Assembly (NCBI GenBank): GCA_965219535.1
Contig: CBDCNV010000002.1
Coordinates: 1,950,001 to 1,982,000 of the forward strand
Direction of reading: 5' to 3'
Origin: Opitutales bacterium
GTDB lineage: Bacteria > Verrucomicrobiota > Verrucomicrobiia > Opitutales > PNEW01
DNA: 32,000 nucleotides
In this document: piece by piece, positions 8,376 to 17,381 of the stretch
Numbering within the stretch: position 1 is the first letter of the stretch
Layout: each line of letters starts with the position of its first letter
Notes under the pieces: model-generated
Told to the model about the DNA's origin: nothing
Database searches by the model: none
What the model saw: only the letters and a program-made list of their open reading frames with translations
Position numbers and translations under genes: made by a program

Positions 8376-9782
8376 TTAGCGCTCGGAAAATTCCGAGACA
8401 AGGTTACTGACCGTATTTTTCGCATCGCCAAAAAGCATTCTCGTTTTATCGAGAAAATACAGTTTATTTTGAATTCCTGAAAAACCTGTGCCTTGACCGC
8501 GTTTGAGAGCAAAAACGGTTCTAGCAATGTGAGCATTGATAATAGGCATACCGTAAATAGGACTATTAGTATCATCAATCGCAGCCGGGTTGACGACATC
8601 GTTGGCGCCAATGACAATGGCTACATCAACGGTGGGCATAACGGAATTAACACTATCCATTTCATGGAGTTGTTCATAGGGCACATCGGCTTCAGCGAGG
8701 AGCACATTCATATGACCGGGCATGCGACCCGCCACAGGATGGATGGCATAACGCACTTCAGCGCCATTTTTTTCAAGAATATCACCGAGTTCTTTCACCG
8801 CGTGTTGAGCCTGAGCCACGGCCATGCCATAACCGGGGATGATGATAACGCTATGAGCTGCTTCGAGGACATAATAAGCATCTGCTTCACTTATCGCTTT
8901 CATTTCACCATCCTCGCCCTGACCCTCTGCCTGGCTTGATGATCCAAATCCGCTGAAGAGGACATTGGCAAGGTCACGGTTCATCGCTTTGCACATTATT
9001 ATAGTCAAGACAAACCCGGCGGATCCAACGAGACAACCTGCAACGATAAGAACATTATTTAGGATAACAAAACCCGCCGCCGCCGCCGCGAGTCCGGAAA
9101 AGCTGTTTAAAAGGGAAATGACAACCGGCATATCGCCACCACCAATCGGAAGTACCCCAAGAATACCAAGAAGAAGAGATAGGGAGACACCAACGATAAA
9201 AAACTTATAGGCATACTCACTTTCAGGCTGGATAACGAAATAGATTCCTAAGAACACAATGATCACGAAGATGAAGGTGTTAAAAATCATTTGCCCTGGA
9301 AATATAACAGCTTTACTTCCGATCTTTTCTGATAACTTGCCATAGGCTAAAATACTACCGGTAAAAGTTATTCCACCAATGATTACTGCCAGGTAAATGA
9401 CACTGCTATAAAAATATGAGTTACCAGAATAATCCATCCAGGATATCTCCATAATCTTCTCATATTCAGCCCAACCGACGAGCAAACTGGCTAATCCACC
9501 AAATCCGTTATAGAGAGCGACCAATTCAGGCATTCCTGTCATTTTAACAAACCTTGCTGCGAAACTGCCGATTATTGCACCTATAAGGACACAGAGAATT
9601 AGCCATCTGAAGCCGAGGATATTTTCATCGAGTAAAGTTACAACCACAGCGAGTAGCATTCCCAGAGAGGAAACCATGTTGCCGCGCCGCGCGGTGGCAG
9701 CTGAACCAAGCATTTTTATGCCGAAAATAAAGAGAATTGCCGCCGCGACATAGGCGAGATTGATGAGGATTGCCCAAGTCAT
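8376..9782 (-). CDS. pntB: NAD(P) transhydrogenase subunit beta
   Basis: 468-aa ORF. The N-terminal half is polytopic membrane. The C-terminal NADP(H)-binding domain carries GYGMAVAQAQH, PVAGRMPGHMNVLLAEA and IGANDVVNPAA. Its ATG overlaps the stop of the upstream subunit (ATGA at 9779..9782). Confidence 0.93.
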   Translation of the reverse strand: MTWAILINLAYVAAAILFIFGIKMLGSAATARRGNMVSSLGMLLAVVVTLLDENILGFRWLILCVLIGAIIGSFAARFVKMTGMPELVALYNGFGGLASLLVGWAEYEKIMEISWMDYSGNSYFYSSVIYLAVIIGGITFTGSILAYGKLSEKIGSKAVIFPGQMIFNTFIFVIIVFLGIYFVIQPESEYAYKFFIVGVSLSLLLGILGVLPIGGGDMPVVISLLNSFSGLAAAAAGFVILNNVLIVAGCLVGSAGFVLTIIMCKAMNRDLANVLFSGFGSSSQAEGQGEDGEMKAISEADAYYVLEAAHSVIIIPGYGMAVAQAQHAVKELGDILEKNGAEVRYAIHPVAGRMPGHMNVLLAEADVPYEQLHEMDSVNSVMPTVDVAIVIGANDVVNPAAIDDTNSPIYGMPIINAHIARTVFALKRGQGTGFSGIQNKLYFLDKTRMLFGDAKNTVSNLVSEFSER

Positions 9783-10072
9783 TTTTTGTCCTCGTCCCTC
9801 CTCTTAAACATCCCAAGCATGCGATCGGTAACGAGGTATCCACCCACTACGTTGATCGTGGCAAAAATCACTGCGATAGCACCGAGAATCATAGCGATAG
9901 AACCCTCGGCATTGGAACCTGCTGCGAGAAGAGCGCCTACAATTGTGATTCCGGAAATGGCATTTGATCCCGACATCAGAGGCGTGTGAAGTTGCGAAGG
10001 TACTTTACTTATCAATTCGAAGCCAAGAAATGCGGAGAGCACAAAAATGAAAAATAATAGTATTAATTCCAT
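9779..10072 (-). CDS. pntAB: NAD(P) transhydrogenase subunit alpha, part 2 (membrane segment)
   Basis: 97-aa hydrophobic ORF containing HTPLMSGSNAISGI, placed between pntAA and pntB. This is the typical three-gene split transhydrogenase arrangement. Confidence 0.88.
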   Translation of the reverse strand: MELILLFFIFVLSAFLGFELISKVPSQLHTPLMSGSNAISGITIVGALLAAGSNAEGSIAMILGAIAVIFATINVVGGYLVTDRMLGMFKRRDEDKK

Positions 10073-10147
10073 ATTTCGAAAGCAGGGTAGGTAGCTATTC
10101 TTTTTTCCTGTCCGTAATTTAGTTTATAGTGTTAAAGTGCGCGGTTA

Positions 10148-11284
10148 TTAGTTAATATCTTTTAAATCTTCGTGTATTATCTGACCGCCATGTGCGAGGA
10201 GACAACTTTTTAGGATATCATCTTGCAAATTCAAATCGATGCACTTCTTGTCTTCGTTCCAGAAATGTTCAATTAAGCTGGTAAGATTAGAAGCATAAAC
10301 CTGGCTGGCATCGTGAGCAACGCAACCCTCGAGGTTCCCGATACCAATGATGCGTGCACCAGATTCAGTGACGATTTCCTCGTCGATTTTCGAACCTTCT
10401 ATATTCCCTCCTGATGCTACAGCTTGGTCTACGAGAACACTGCCATGGTTCATCTTAGCGATCATTTCTTTAGTAATGATCACTGGAGCTTTTTTGCCAA
10501 AAACTCTCGCCGCGGTAATGACGATGTCACTTTGTGCGCATATGTTTGCCAGTTTTTCACGCTGCAAGGCAAGTTGCTCTGGGGTTAATGACTTAGCATA
10601 TCCTTGGTCAGTCTGACCTGTTTCTCCTAAATCAATGTTAATAAATTTAGCGCCCAATGACTTTACTTCTTCTTCAACATTGGGGCGGGTGTCGAAGGCT
10701 TCAACTCGAGCTCCCAGTCGTTTGGCAGTGGCAATCGCTTGCAGTCCTGCCACACCGACACCGACAATAAATACCCGCGCAGAGGATAAAGTACCTGCAG
10801 GAGTTATCATCATGGGGAGGATTTTTTTAATGCGCTCGGCGGCTTTTATAACAGCATAATAACCCGCAAGATTCGATTGAGAGCTCAAGGCATCCATTTT
10901 CTGAGCTATGGTTGTGCGCGGAATCATTTCCATACTGATAACGCTAATCCCCTTTGCGGTCATGGATTTTAAAAGTTCCTGCTCTGCGAATGGATCGAAA
11001 AAACTAATATGAAGGGTCCCGGACTTCATTTGAGAAACCTCTTCAAGTGTTGACTGCCTTACCCGCAAAATTATATCCGCGGTGCGAAGAGCCTGAGACC
11101 GATCGCTTACTTGGGTTGCGCCAGCATCAATATATTCATTATTGGTATAATCACTTGCATCACCCAATCCAGACTCAATCTTTACCGACAAGCCGAGACT
11201 CGTCAGTTTTTTTACACATTCGGGGACCAATGCGGCGCGAGATTCTCCTGCGCAAGTTTCCTTAGGGCTGAATAGTTCCATCAC
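10148..11284 (-). CDS. pntAA: NAD(P) transhydrogenase subunit alpha, part 1 (NAD(H)-binding dI domain)
   Basis: 378-aa ORF with a Rossmann motif VFIVGVGVAGLQAIATAKRLGA and alanine dehydrogenase/PNT-like N- and C-terminal domains. Confidence 0.9.
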   Translation of the reverse strand: MMELFSPKETCAGESRAALVPECVKKLTSLGLSVKIESGLGDASDYTNNEYIDAGATQVSDRSQALRTADIILRVRQSTLEEVSQMKSGTLHISFFDPFAEQELLKSMTAKGISVISMEMIPRTTIAQKMDALSSQSNLAGYYAVIKAAERIKKILPMMITPAGTLSSARVFIVGVGVAGLQAIATAKRLGARVEAFDTRPNVEEEVKSLGAKFINIDLGETGQTDQGYAKSLTPEQLALQREKLANICAQSDIVITAARVFGKKAPVIITKEMIAKMNHGSVLVDQAVASGGNIEGSKIDEEIVTESGARIIGIGNLEGCVAHDASQVYASNLTSLIEHFWNEDKKCIDLNLQDDILKSCLLAHGGQIIHEDLKDIN

Positions 11285-11300
11285 CCTTTTAAATTACAAT

Positions 11301-11311
11301 AGTTCATTGAG
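11301..11311 (+). promoter_or_regulatory. Copy 1 of the recurring motif AGTTCATTGAG in the pntAA / TPR-operon divergent intergenic region
   Basis: The exact 10-mer is shared with 11423..11432 (inverted) and 11478..11487 (direct). Confidence 0.3.
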
Positions 11312-11422
11312 ATATTAAATAAGAGTAGGTCCCGTGTTAGATTGATTTATATCTATTATGACGAAAATTCTGCAATGCATCATTTATCTAACTCATTACA
11401 TTTTTAAATTAAACTAAAAAAA

Positions 11423-11432
11423 TCAATGAACT
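11423..11432 (-). promoter_or_regulatory. Copy 2 (inverted) of the AGTTCATTGA motif
   Basis: The plus strand reads TCAATGAACT, which is the reverse complement of AGTTCATTGA. Confidence 0.3.
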
Positions 11433-11477
11433 AGTCATAACCCTCTTAAACGCTTGGATGATTAAATAATTGTTCTT

Positions 11478-11487
11478 GTTCATTGAG
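11478..11487 (+). promoter_or_regulatory. Copy 3 of the GTTCATTGAG motif
   Basis: Exact 10-mer match to 11302..11311. Confidence 0.3.
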
Positions 11488-11665
11488 TATGCTATAGGAC
11501 TAAGCAAGAATCTGTTAGATAAGGTTGAGTTGCTCATTATATAAAGATGTTTATCAAGGTAAGTGTCGGAAACAGAGTAAGCTGCTTTTGATTCTTGATA
11601 CAGTGAGTAGATCTTCTTGCAAATCTTTAAATTGAAATGAGAAATATTTAGCTTTGGATCAGGAT

Positions 11666-14296
11666 ATGCGTTGTAGAATGAATTTAACGTTCAAATCGCA
11701 GATATTTTTCTTAGTGGCGGTATGTCTCTGGGGAAGGGTGGAGGCAAATATAGACTCCGAAGATTATCAAGTACCTCTTTTACCTGAAAGTAATTCATCC
11801 TCAGTGATAAAAGACAGTGCTTTGCATTGGAAAATTGGCGCGGCCAATGATGCTTTGAAAGCAGGTTTTTCGTCACTTGCGTCACGTCTCTATCTTGAAT
11901 TGATGAGTGAGACCAACCTGAGTTACGAAATACGACCGGAGACAATTTTAAATCTAGTTACCGCGCTTATCAGTGAGGGGCGTTATGATGAAGCACTGCA
12001 AATCCTGGAATCTTATCCTGATAGAGCCGATTCCGCATTTCACTTGAGACAGGGGTTATTGGCTTTTCAACGGGGTAACCGAAAAGCAGCTGAAGATGCG
12101 GCAGCCAGCATAGCGTATATAGAGCTCAGTTTATCTGATCAGCCTTGGTATTACCTGTTAAATGGGCTAATTCAGGAAGCAAATGGGAATCAATCGGAGG
12201 CGATTAGTTTTTTTGACCAGGCAAGAGACCATAGTATGACGGAAACACAACGGGCACAATTTGAGGCCGTGAGCTATAGAAGCAGACTCGTATCGGGTTT
12301 TGCTGATGAAACGCTGGTCGCTGATTTGAAAGCTAAACTAAATGCGTCAAAAGGCGAACGCGCTGGTTATCAGTTTGCCCGGGCATATGCTACGGCATTA
12401 GAACAAATGGGCCGTAAGGAAGATGCGATTCTTGTCCTTGAAGAGCAGTTAAAATTTATATCTGTTGATGAACGCGATCTTGAAGATCAACTCTTACTCT
12501 TACTTGGGTTAATAGCAGGTGAGAAGAGCGATCGTGGTAAATCTGCTTTCCAAACATTATTGCGTGAAGGAAAAAACCGAAATCTTCAAAAGATTGGGCT
12601 CCTTTTACTGGCACGCGAAGCGTTGGCGAACACTCCAACAAATAACTTCAAACTGGTACTCGATGATCTTATCGCTCAAACGGACAAGCATTCGTTGTTA
12701 GATGAGCTCTACTTTTTCCGCGCGCTCATTTTTCTTGAAAGTAACCGATTTGATTTAGCAGAGAGTGATGCGAACTCTCTACTCGAACAGTTTCCAGGAT
12801 CAGTTTTGAATAACAGCGCTATTAGGCTCCTCGCTTATATCTCCTGGAAACGCGATCCACCTCAATATCGTACGACAGCTGACTATTTAAATAAATTGCG
12901 TGCCGGACTTTCAGCGGGTCAAGACCGATGGCATTTAGCAGTTCTGATGGCTGATTGCTATTATCTTAATCTGGATTATGATAAAGCGGTAGATGCTTAC
13001 AACTTGGCCATTTCAGAGATGCCAAGTGGGGAGGGTGGTAGTAGACTTCTTTTCCAACAAGTGATGGCTTCAATTAAGGCTGGAAGAATAGAATCGGCTA
13101 TCGCTCTGCTCGATGACGCGAAATCATTTGAAGGCATTCATCACCTAAATCGATGGAAGGCTGAATGGAATTTGATAAATGAAATGAAATCACAGGGAAA
13201 AATTAACGAAGCTTTCAGCCGTCTACATAATCTATTAGGTGAGTCTGAAACAGTATTAATCCCACCAGAGTTGAAACTTCGTCTCATGTGGTTGGAGGCA
13301 CAACTCTCTATTGAAGTACGTCAAGCAGAGGAAACTCCACTCCTCGCTGACCGCATTTTGAACACCCTGAATGATATACCAGATCATACAATTACTGATT
13401 CCCAGCGTGATCAAATCATAAGCCAGACGCTGCTCATTAAAGGTCAAGCCCTCTATATTATTGAACGAGAAGATGAGGGACGAAAAGTTTTCGCTGATCT
13501 TCGCGAGCAATTCCTGGGTGCTGATCCGACTATACTTTCCTATCTGTTTGAATCGCGTTATTTTGCTGCGATTAATCGTATAGTCGATGCACAGCAGAGA
13601 TTAATCGCAGTCGTCGATCGTTATCCCGAAAGTAAATACGCACCCATGGCACTGTGGGAAGCAGCTATTTACGCAGAACGGCGCGGATTAAATTCCACAT
13701 ACCAGGAAGCAGTAGCTATACTTGAACGATTGATTAATGATTATCCCCAGCTCGACTTTATCTACCATGCACGATTGAGGCAGGCTGATATTTCTCGCAA
13801 ACTTAATGATTTCGGCACTTCACAACTGATATATGAAGGCTTGATCAGTCAATATCCCCAGCATCCAGAACGCTACCGCGCAGAGATTTCATTGGCGGAT
13901 AGTTTACTCGCTCAGAGTAGTCAAAATCCAGCGAGAATTGACGAAGCGCTTGCCATCCTTGAGCGACTGGTGGATTTGCCGAATCTACCCGTAGATCTTG
14001 GTGCGGAGGCCGGTTTCAAATGGGGTTTCGCTTTATCGCTGCAGGAGAATTATTTGCGATCTCAGGAAGTTTATTGGCAGGTCATCACACGCTTTCTAAT
14101 GAAAGCACCAAGCTCTTTAGTGTTTAAGGCACAGGGGCGATACTGGTTGTCACGAAGTATATTTGAGCTTGGCACACTGTTTGAAAAAGAAGAGCGTTAT
14201 GAAGATGCCCGAGAGATTTATAAACTTATTCTTGATTACGATTTACCGGGATTGACTTTGGCGGAAGCGAAAATCCAAAAATTTTCCTCTATATAA
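11666..14296 (+). CDS. Large secreted or periplasmic TPR-like repeat protein
   Basis: The ORF track opens at TTG 11654, and in-frame ATGs lie at 11666 and 11678. The segment after 11678 (MNLTFKSQIFFLVAVCLWGRVEA) looks like a signal peptide. The remaining ~850 aa are helical-repeat (TPR-like) sequence. The exact start is uncertain. Confidence 0.8.
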   Translation: MRCRMNLTFKSQIFFLVAVCLWGRVEANIDSEDYQVPLLPESNSSSVIKDSALHWKIGAANDALKAGFSSLASRLYLELMSETNLSYEIRPETILNLVTALISEGRYDEALQILESYPDRADSAFHLRQGLLAFQRGNRKAAEDAAASIAYIELSLSDQPWYYLLNGLIQEANGNQSEAISFFDQARDHSMTETQRAQFEAVSYRSRLVSGFADETLVADLKAKLNASKGERAGYQFARAYATALEQMGRKEDAILVLEEQLKFISVDERDLEDQLLLLLGLIAGEKSDRGKSAFQTLLREGKNRNLQKIGLLLLAREALANTPTNNFKLVLDDLIAQTDKHSLLDELYFFRALIFLESNRFDLAESDANSLLEQFPGSVLNNSAIRLLAYISWKRDPPQYRTTADYLNKLRAGLSAGQDRWHLAVLMADCYYLNLDYDKAVDAYNLAISEMPSGEGGSRLLFQQVMASIKAGRIESAIALLDDAKSFEGIHHLNRWKAEWNLINEMKSQGKINEAFSRLHNLLGESETVLIPPELKLRLMWLEAQLSIEVRQAEETPLLADRILNTLNDIPDHTITDSQRDQIISQTLLIKGQALYIIEREDEGRKVFADLREQFLGADPTILSYLFESRYFAAINRIVDAQQRLIAVVDRYPESKYAPMALWEAAIYAERRGLNSTYQEAVAILERLINDYPQLDFIYHARLRQADISRKLNDFGTSQLIYEGLISQYPQHPERYRAEISLADSLLAQSSQNPARIDEALAILERLVDLPNLPVDLGAEAGFKWGFALSLQENYLRSQEVYWQVITRFLMKAPSSLVFKAQGRYWLSRSIFELGTLFEKEERYEDAREIYKLILDYDLPGLTLAEAKIQKFSSI

Positions 14297-14351
14297 TAAA
14301 AGATAATTACCACGACAGGAATTATTAATTAAGTAAGAATATAGGAATATT

Positions 14352-15014
14352 ATGGAAATTTTCGATTATTCATTGATAAAGCAAGGGGGCCTAATTATGT
14401 GGCCTTTATTGGCGCTGAGTTTACTAGCATTCATTCTCTTTATCGAGCGGACGCTTTACTTGCACAAGGGGCAAATTCGTTCCAATGAATTCATCGAAGG
14501 TATTAAAAACTTATTACGCAAACGACGCCTTCTCGAAGCGCTTACAGTGTGTGAAGAAACTCCCGGTCCGCTCCCTATTATGATGAAAGCCGCGCTTCTC
14601 AATTACAATCAAGGAGAACCGCGAATGCGAAATTCCATTCAGGCTGCCGCGCTAGTACAAATACCCTTACTTGAGAGAAGAATTGGGACAATCGCCGCGA
14701 TCGCTCGAATTACTCCGCTTCTTGGATTGCTGGGTACTGTTATTGGCATGATCAAAGCCTTTTTCAATTTACAAGCCGCAGGTGCTTATGCTCATCAAGG
14801 GATTCTAGCGAGTGGATTGGGTGAAGCTTTAATCACGACTGCTACAGGGCTATGCATTGCGATTCTTGCTTATCTAGCCTACCATTTCCTACACGGTCGT
14901 TTGCGCGCGCTGGTTCATGACATGGAGTATGTAGGCAATGAGATCATGCAGTTTCTTTTATACGATCTACCTGAAGAGGAAATCGAGCCCACACCTGTTA
15001 GCGATACCATTTAA
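14352..15014 (+). CDS. exbB: MotA/TolQ/ExbB proton-channel family protein
   Basis: 220-aa ORF with three TM segments and the family signature LLGLLGTVIGMIKAF ... GLGEALITTATGLCIAI. Confidence 0.88.
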   Translation: MEIFDYSLIKQGGLIMWPLLALSLLAFILFIERTLYLHKGQIRSNEFIEGIKNLLRKRRLLEALTVCEETPGPLPIMMKAALLNYNQGEPRMRNSIQAAALVQIPLLERRIGTIAAIARITPLLGLLGTVIGMIKAFFNLQAAGAYAHQGILASGLGEALITTATGLCIAILAYLAYHFLHGRLRALVHDMEYVGNEIMQFLLYDLPEEEIEPTPVSDTI

Positions 15015-15027
15015 ACTAATACTTCGA

Positions 15028-15492
15028 ATGATCACTAGCCCACTCAATCTTGACGCTACAGTAAAGGAACATAATCGGTATTTCGATGCCTTCCCTTTTA
15101 TCGATTTGTGTCTAATCGGATTGTTCATTGCTCTCTTTAATTCAAAATTTATTTTTGCTCCCGGAGTAAATATTGAATTACCGCAAATTATATCCCAAGA
15201 ATTAGAAGGAGTTCCTGCGACTTCAGTTCTAACGATGAGAGAAAATGATATGATTATATTTGAAGGTCAGATATTTAATATCGATTCGCTCAAAAAAAGG
15301 TTGATGAAATTTTCAATCGAAGAAGAGAGAACTAATCCTATTCTTCTCGTTAAATTAGATAAGAATGTGAATGTTCAACAGATGATGAAAATACTTGATA
15401 TCGCTCGCCCCTATTTTTCTCGTGTGCAACTAGCCGCCGATGAAAAAACTCAAGAAGCAGATATATTTTCTAACGTTGCGAACGAAAATTAA
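15028..15492 (+). CDS. exbD: ExbD/TolR family biopolymer transport protein
   Basis: I place the start at ATG 15028 (MITSPLNL...). The ORF-track start at 14938 would overlap exbB by 77 nt. The single TM segment carries the conserved Asp (FPFIDLCLIGLFIALF), followed by a periplasmic domain. Confidence 0.8.
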   Translation: MITSPLNLDATVKEHNRYFDAFPFIDLCLIGLFIALFNSKFIFAPGVNIELPQIISQELEGVPATSVLTMRENDMIIFEGQIFNIDSLKKRLMKFSIEEERTNPILLVKLDKNVNVQQMMKILDIARPYFSRVQLAADEKTQEADIFSNVANEN

Positions 15493-16247
15493 TGAGTAAG
15501 GCATCAAATTCCGTAAAGGGTAAACCTTTACGCATAAGCTTAATTGCTCAGTTTGCTATAATCATAGGCATTACAATTCATCTATTGGGATTTTTAGCTT
15601 TCCACATCCAAACCCCGTCAACTGAGAGCGTGAGATTTTCTGCGCCCTATGTACAGTATCCCAGTTCGGAAGAGAAAAAAAGCAATCAGCTTTTACGGGA
15701 ACAGTCAGAGCTTTACGACTCGGCGCCACTATTCTTGCCCACATCTTGGAATTACGTGACTAATGTCGAGGTCTTTTCCCTGGAAGTAGATAACGCTTCA
15801 TTATTTTCTGCTTACGGAGAAGAATGGACAATAAGTGATGAAATGTTGAAACCAAATATCGGTAATGGGGATTCGACAATTACACGTGCGCGGGATTCAT
15901 TAAAATATGAATATTGGGATCTATTTTCTACCATCGGAGAAGAGAAGCAGACAGAAAATTGGATGCCCGCGCGCACAGGTTTTGTGGAAGTATATGATAT
16001 GCTGAATAGTAAAATCGTGCGTAGTGAAACTTTGCGTGAAAATATAGATGAACTAAAAGAATTGCCATTATGGACTCCGCTTGAATTTCTAATTACGATC
16101 GATAATCAGGGTCCTATAGGTGAACCGATGTTACTGAAAGGTTCAGGATCAGAAACAATAGATGCTATTCTTCGGGACTATATTCTGGAACCCATTTTTG
16201 GAGCCAGGTTACTACCAGGATATTATAAAGTTTCCATCGGCCCTTGA
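15492..16247 (+). CDS. Membrane-anchored protein, candidate divergent TonB-like energy transducer
   Basis: 251-aa ORF whose ATG overlaps the exbD stop (TAATG at 15490..15494). It has one N-terminal TM helix containing His (IIIGITIHLLGFLAFHI). The C-terminus LEFLITIDNQGPIGEPMLLKGSGSETIDAILRDYI weakly resembles the TonB_C pattern (..G.v....v..SSG...LD.aa...v). No Pro-rich spacer is present. Confidence 0.75.
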   Translation: MSKASNSVKGKPLRISLIAQFAIIIGITIHLLGFLAFHIQTPSTESVRFSAPYVQYPSSEEKKSNQLLREQSELYDSAPLFLPTSWNYVTNVEVFSLEVDNASLFSAYGEEWTISDEMLKPNIGNGDSTITRARDSLKYEYWDLFSTIGEEKQTENWMPARTGFVEVYDMLNSKIVRSETLRENIDELKELPLWTPLEFLITIDNQGPIGEPMLLKGSGSETIDAILRDYILEPIFGARLLPGYYKVSIGP

Positions 16248-16288
16248 TTAGTAAGCTATATCATTTCAGCTGACACTTAAGGGGTGTT

Positions 16289-16307
16289 AGCCCTGTATGG
16301 CTTTTTT
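16289..16307 (+). terminator. Weak hairpin plus T-run downstream of the TonB-like gene
   Basis: AGCC-CTGTAT-GGCT followed by TTTTTT. The stem is only 4 bp. Confidence 0.25.
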
Positions 16308-16329
16308 GAAATGGTATTATTCAATCCAA

Positions 16330-16929
16330 CTAAAGCTTGTTAACACTCAATTGCTGTCTATGGGAAATTGGATGCAGGACGGGTTCCTTTTCCGAGCAGT
16401 TAATCAGCAAATGTGATTCTGCCTCGATCTTTTTACAATAATTGAACCAATTATTGTAAACTGATTCTAAATAACCTGGTTTATTGTTTAGTTTAAAAAG
16501 AAGGTTGCTGATATTACGCCATCTATACAATCCTCCATATATTCTGAATGGTCGCATTGAAAGAAAGCTCTCTCGTATGACTTGAGTTCGCCGAGCTTTT
16601 AAGCGAGAGATTAATATTTCAGGCGTAGCCCAAAGAGTAACTATTTTTATCAGGTTCGCTGAAGCGATGACACTCAGGGCATTGTCTTCCCCGTAATGAC
16701 GTATCGACCTGAGTCTATAGATAATGTCGTAATGTAAGATTAAACGATCGATATCAGGCGCGCTATAGCTCTCCATATTGATAGCCGTAATAGTCTTCCA
16801 TCTTGAGGGATGCTCAATGTGCAATGTCTCAGAAATTGAAGGTAGATTCCCTTCGCGAAGTCTATCGATTAAAGTGGATTTTCCCGCGCAAGTCGGTCCA
16901 GCAATAATTAATAACTGATCACACTGCAT
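16330..16929 (-). CDS. P-loop (Walker A) NTPase/kinase-like hypothetical protein
   Basis: 199-aa ORF with N-terminal LLIIAGPTCAGKSTLIDRL (GxxxxGK[ST]). I recognise no other family signature. Confidence 0.7.
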   Translation of the reverse strand: MQCDQLLIIAGPTCAGKSTLIDRLREGNLPSISETLHIEHPSRWKTITAINMESYSAPDIDRLILHYDIIYRLRSIRHYGEDNALSVIASANLIKIVTLWATPEILISRLKARRTQVIRESFLSMRPFRIYGGLYRWRNISNLLFKLNNKPGYLESVYNNWFNYCKKIEAESHLLINCSEKEPVLHPISHRQQLSVNKL

Positions 16930-16960
16930 TCGCGTGTTTAAATCCTATACCTGATTGAAG

Positions 16961-17329
16961 TTAAGCTGATTGGGCGCGGACTTCAATGTGTGAGATTAGA
17001 TTATCGAAGGTAAAGATTATACGCTCGATACCCTCGCGGTTGATAGGCTCACCGGTTTGTTCATTTGTCGCATGCATTAAAAATGAGAACTCAATACTGC
17101 TGTCTTCAACTGTTCTATAGGAAGTGACTTTCCAGGAAACATCAGGAAAGAGGGCGAAGAATTGCCCCATCATTTCTCCAATAGCTTCTTTACCTGAAAA
17201 TCTACCAGCTTGTGATGAGCTGTAAGTGGCATTATCATCAAACATAGGTAAGATAGCATTGAGATCATGCTGGTTTGACAGCTCAACATATTTTCGCGCT
17301 AGGATTGTTTGATTTTCCTGTCCCATCAT
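16961..17329 (-). CDS. SnoaL/NTF2-like fold protein
   Basis: 122-aa ORF. The pattern ARKYVELSNQHDLNAILPMFDDNATY...GKEAIGEMMGQFF..FPD is typical of SnoaL-like domains. Confidence 0.6.
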   Translation of the reverse strand: MMGQENQTILARKYVELSNQHDLNAILPMFDDNATYSSSQAGRFSGKEAIGEMMGQFFALFPDVSWKVTSYRTVEDSSIEFSFLMHATNEQTGEPINREGIERIIFTFDNLISHIEVRAQSA

Positions 17330-17381
17330 TGAGTGTAATCATAATTGATAATTAAAGAATCTGCCGAGATTATATAGTCGA

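Noticed and set aside
8357-11265. Numerous ORFs of 60-150 aa on the + strand, and some on the - strand, across the pnt genes
   Set aside because: They are antisense or out of frame relative to the well-supported pntB, pntAB and pntAA. Their Ala/Pro/Arg/Thr-rich composition is typical of shadow ORFs.
11654-11665. TTG start proposed by the ORF track for the 880-aa TPR protein
   Set aside because: In-frame ATGs lie at 11666 and 11678, and the signal-peptide-like segment begins after 11678. The TTG extension adds only charged residues, and no RBS discriminates between the candidates. The start remains uncertain.
14938-15027. N-terminal extension of exbD (ORF-track start 14938)
   Set aside because: It would overlap exbB by 77 nt and adds an implausible segment (MRSCSFFYTIYLKRKSS...). 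ATG 15028, 13 nt after the exbB stop, gives a canonical ExbD N-terminus.
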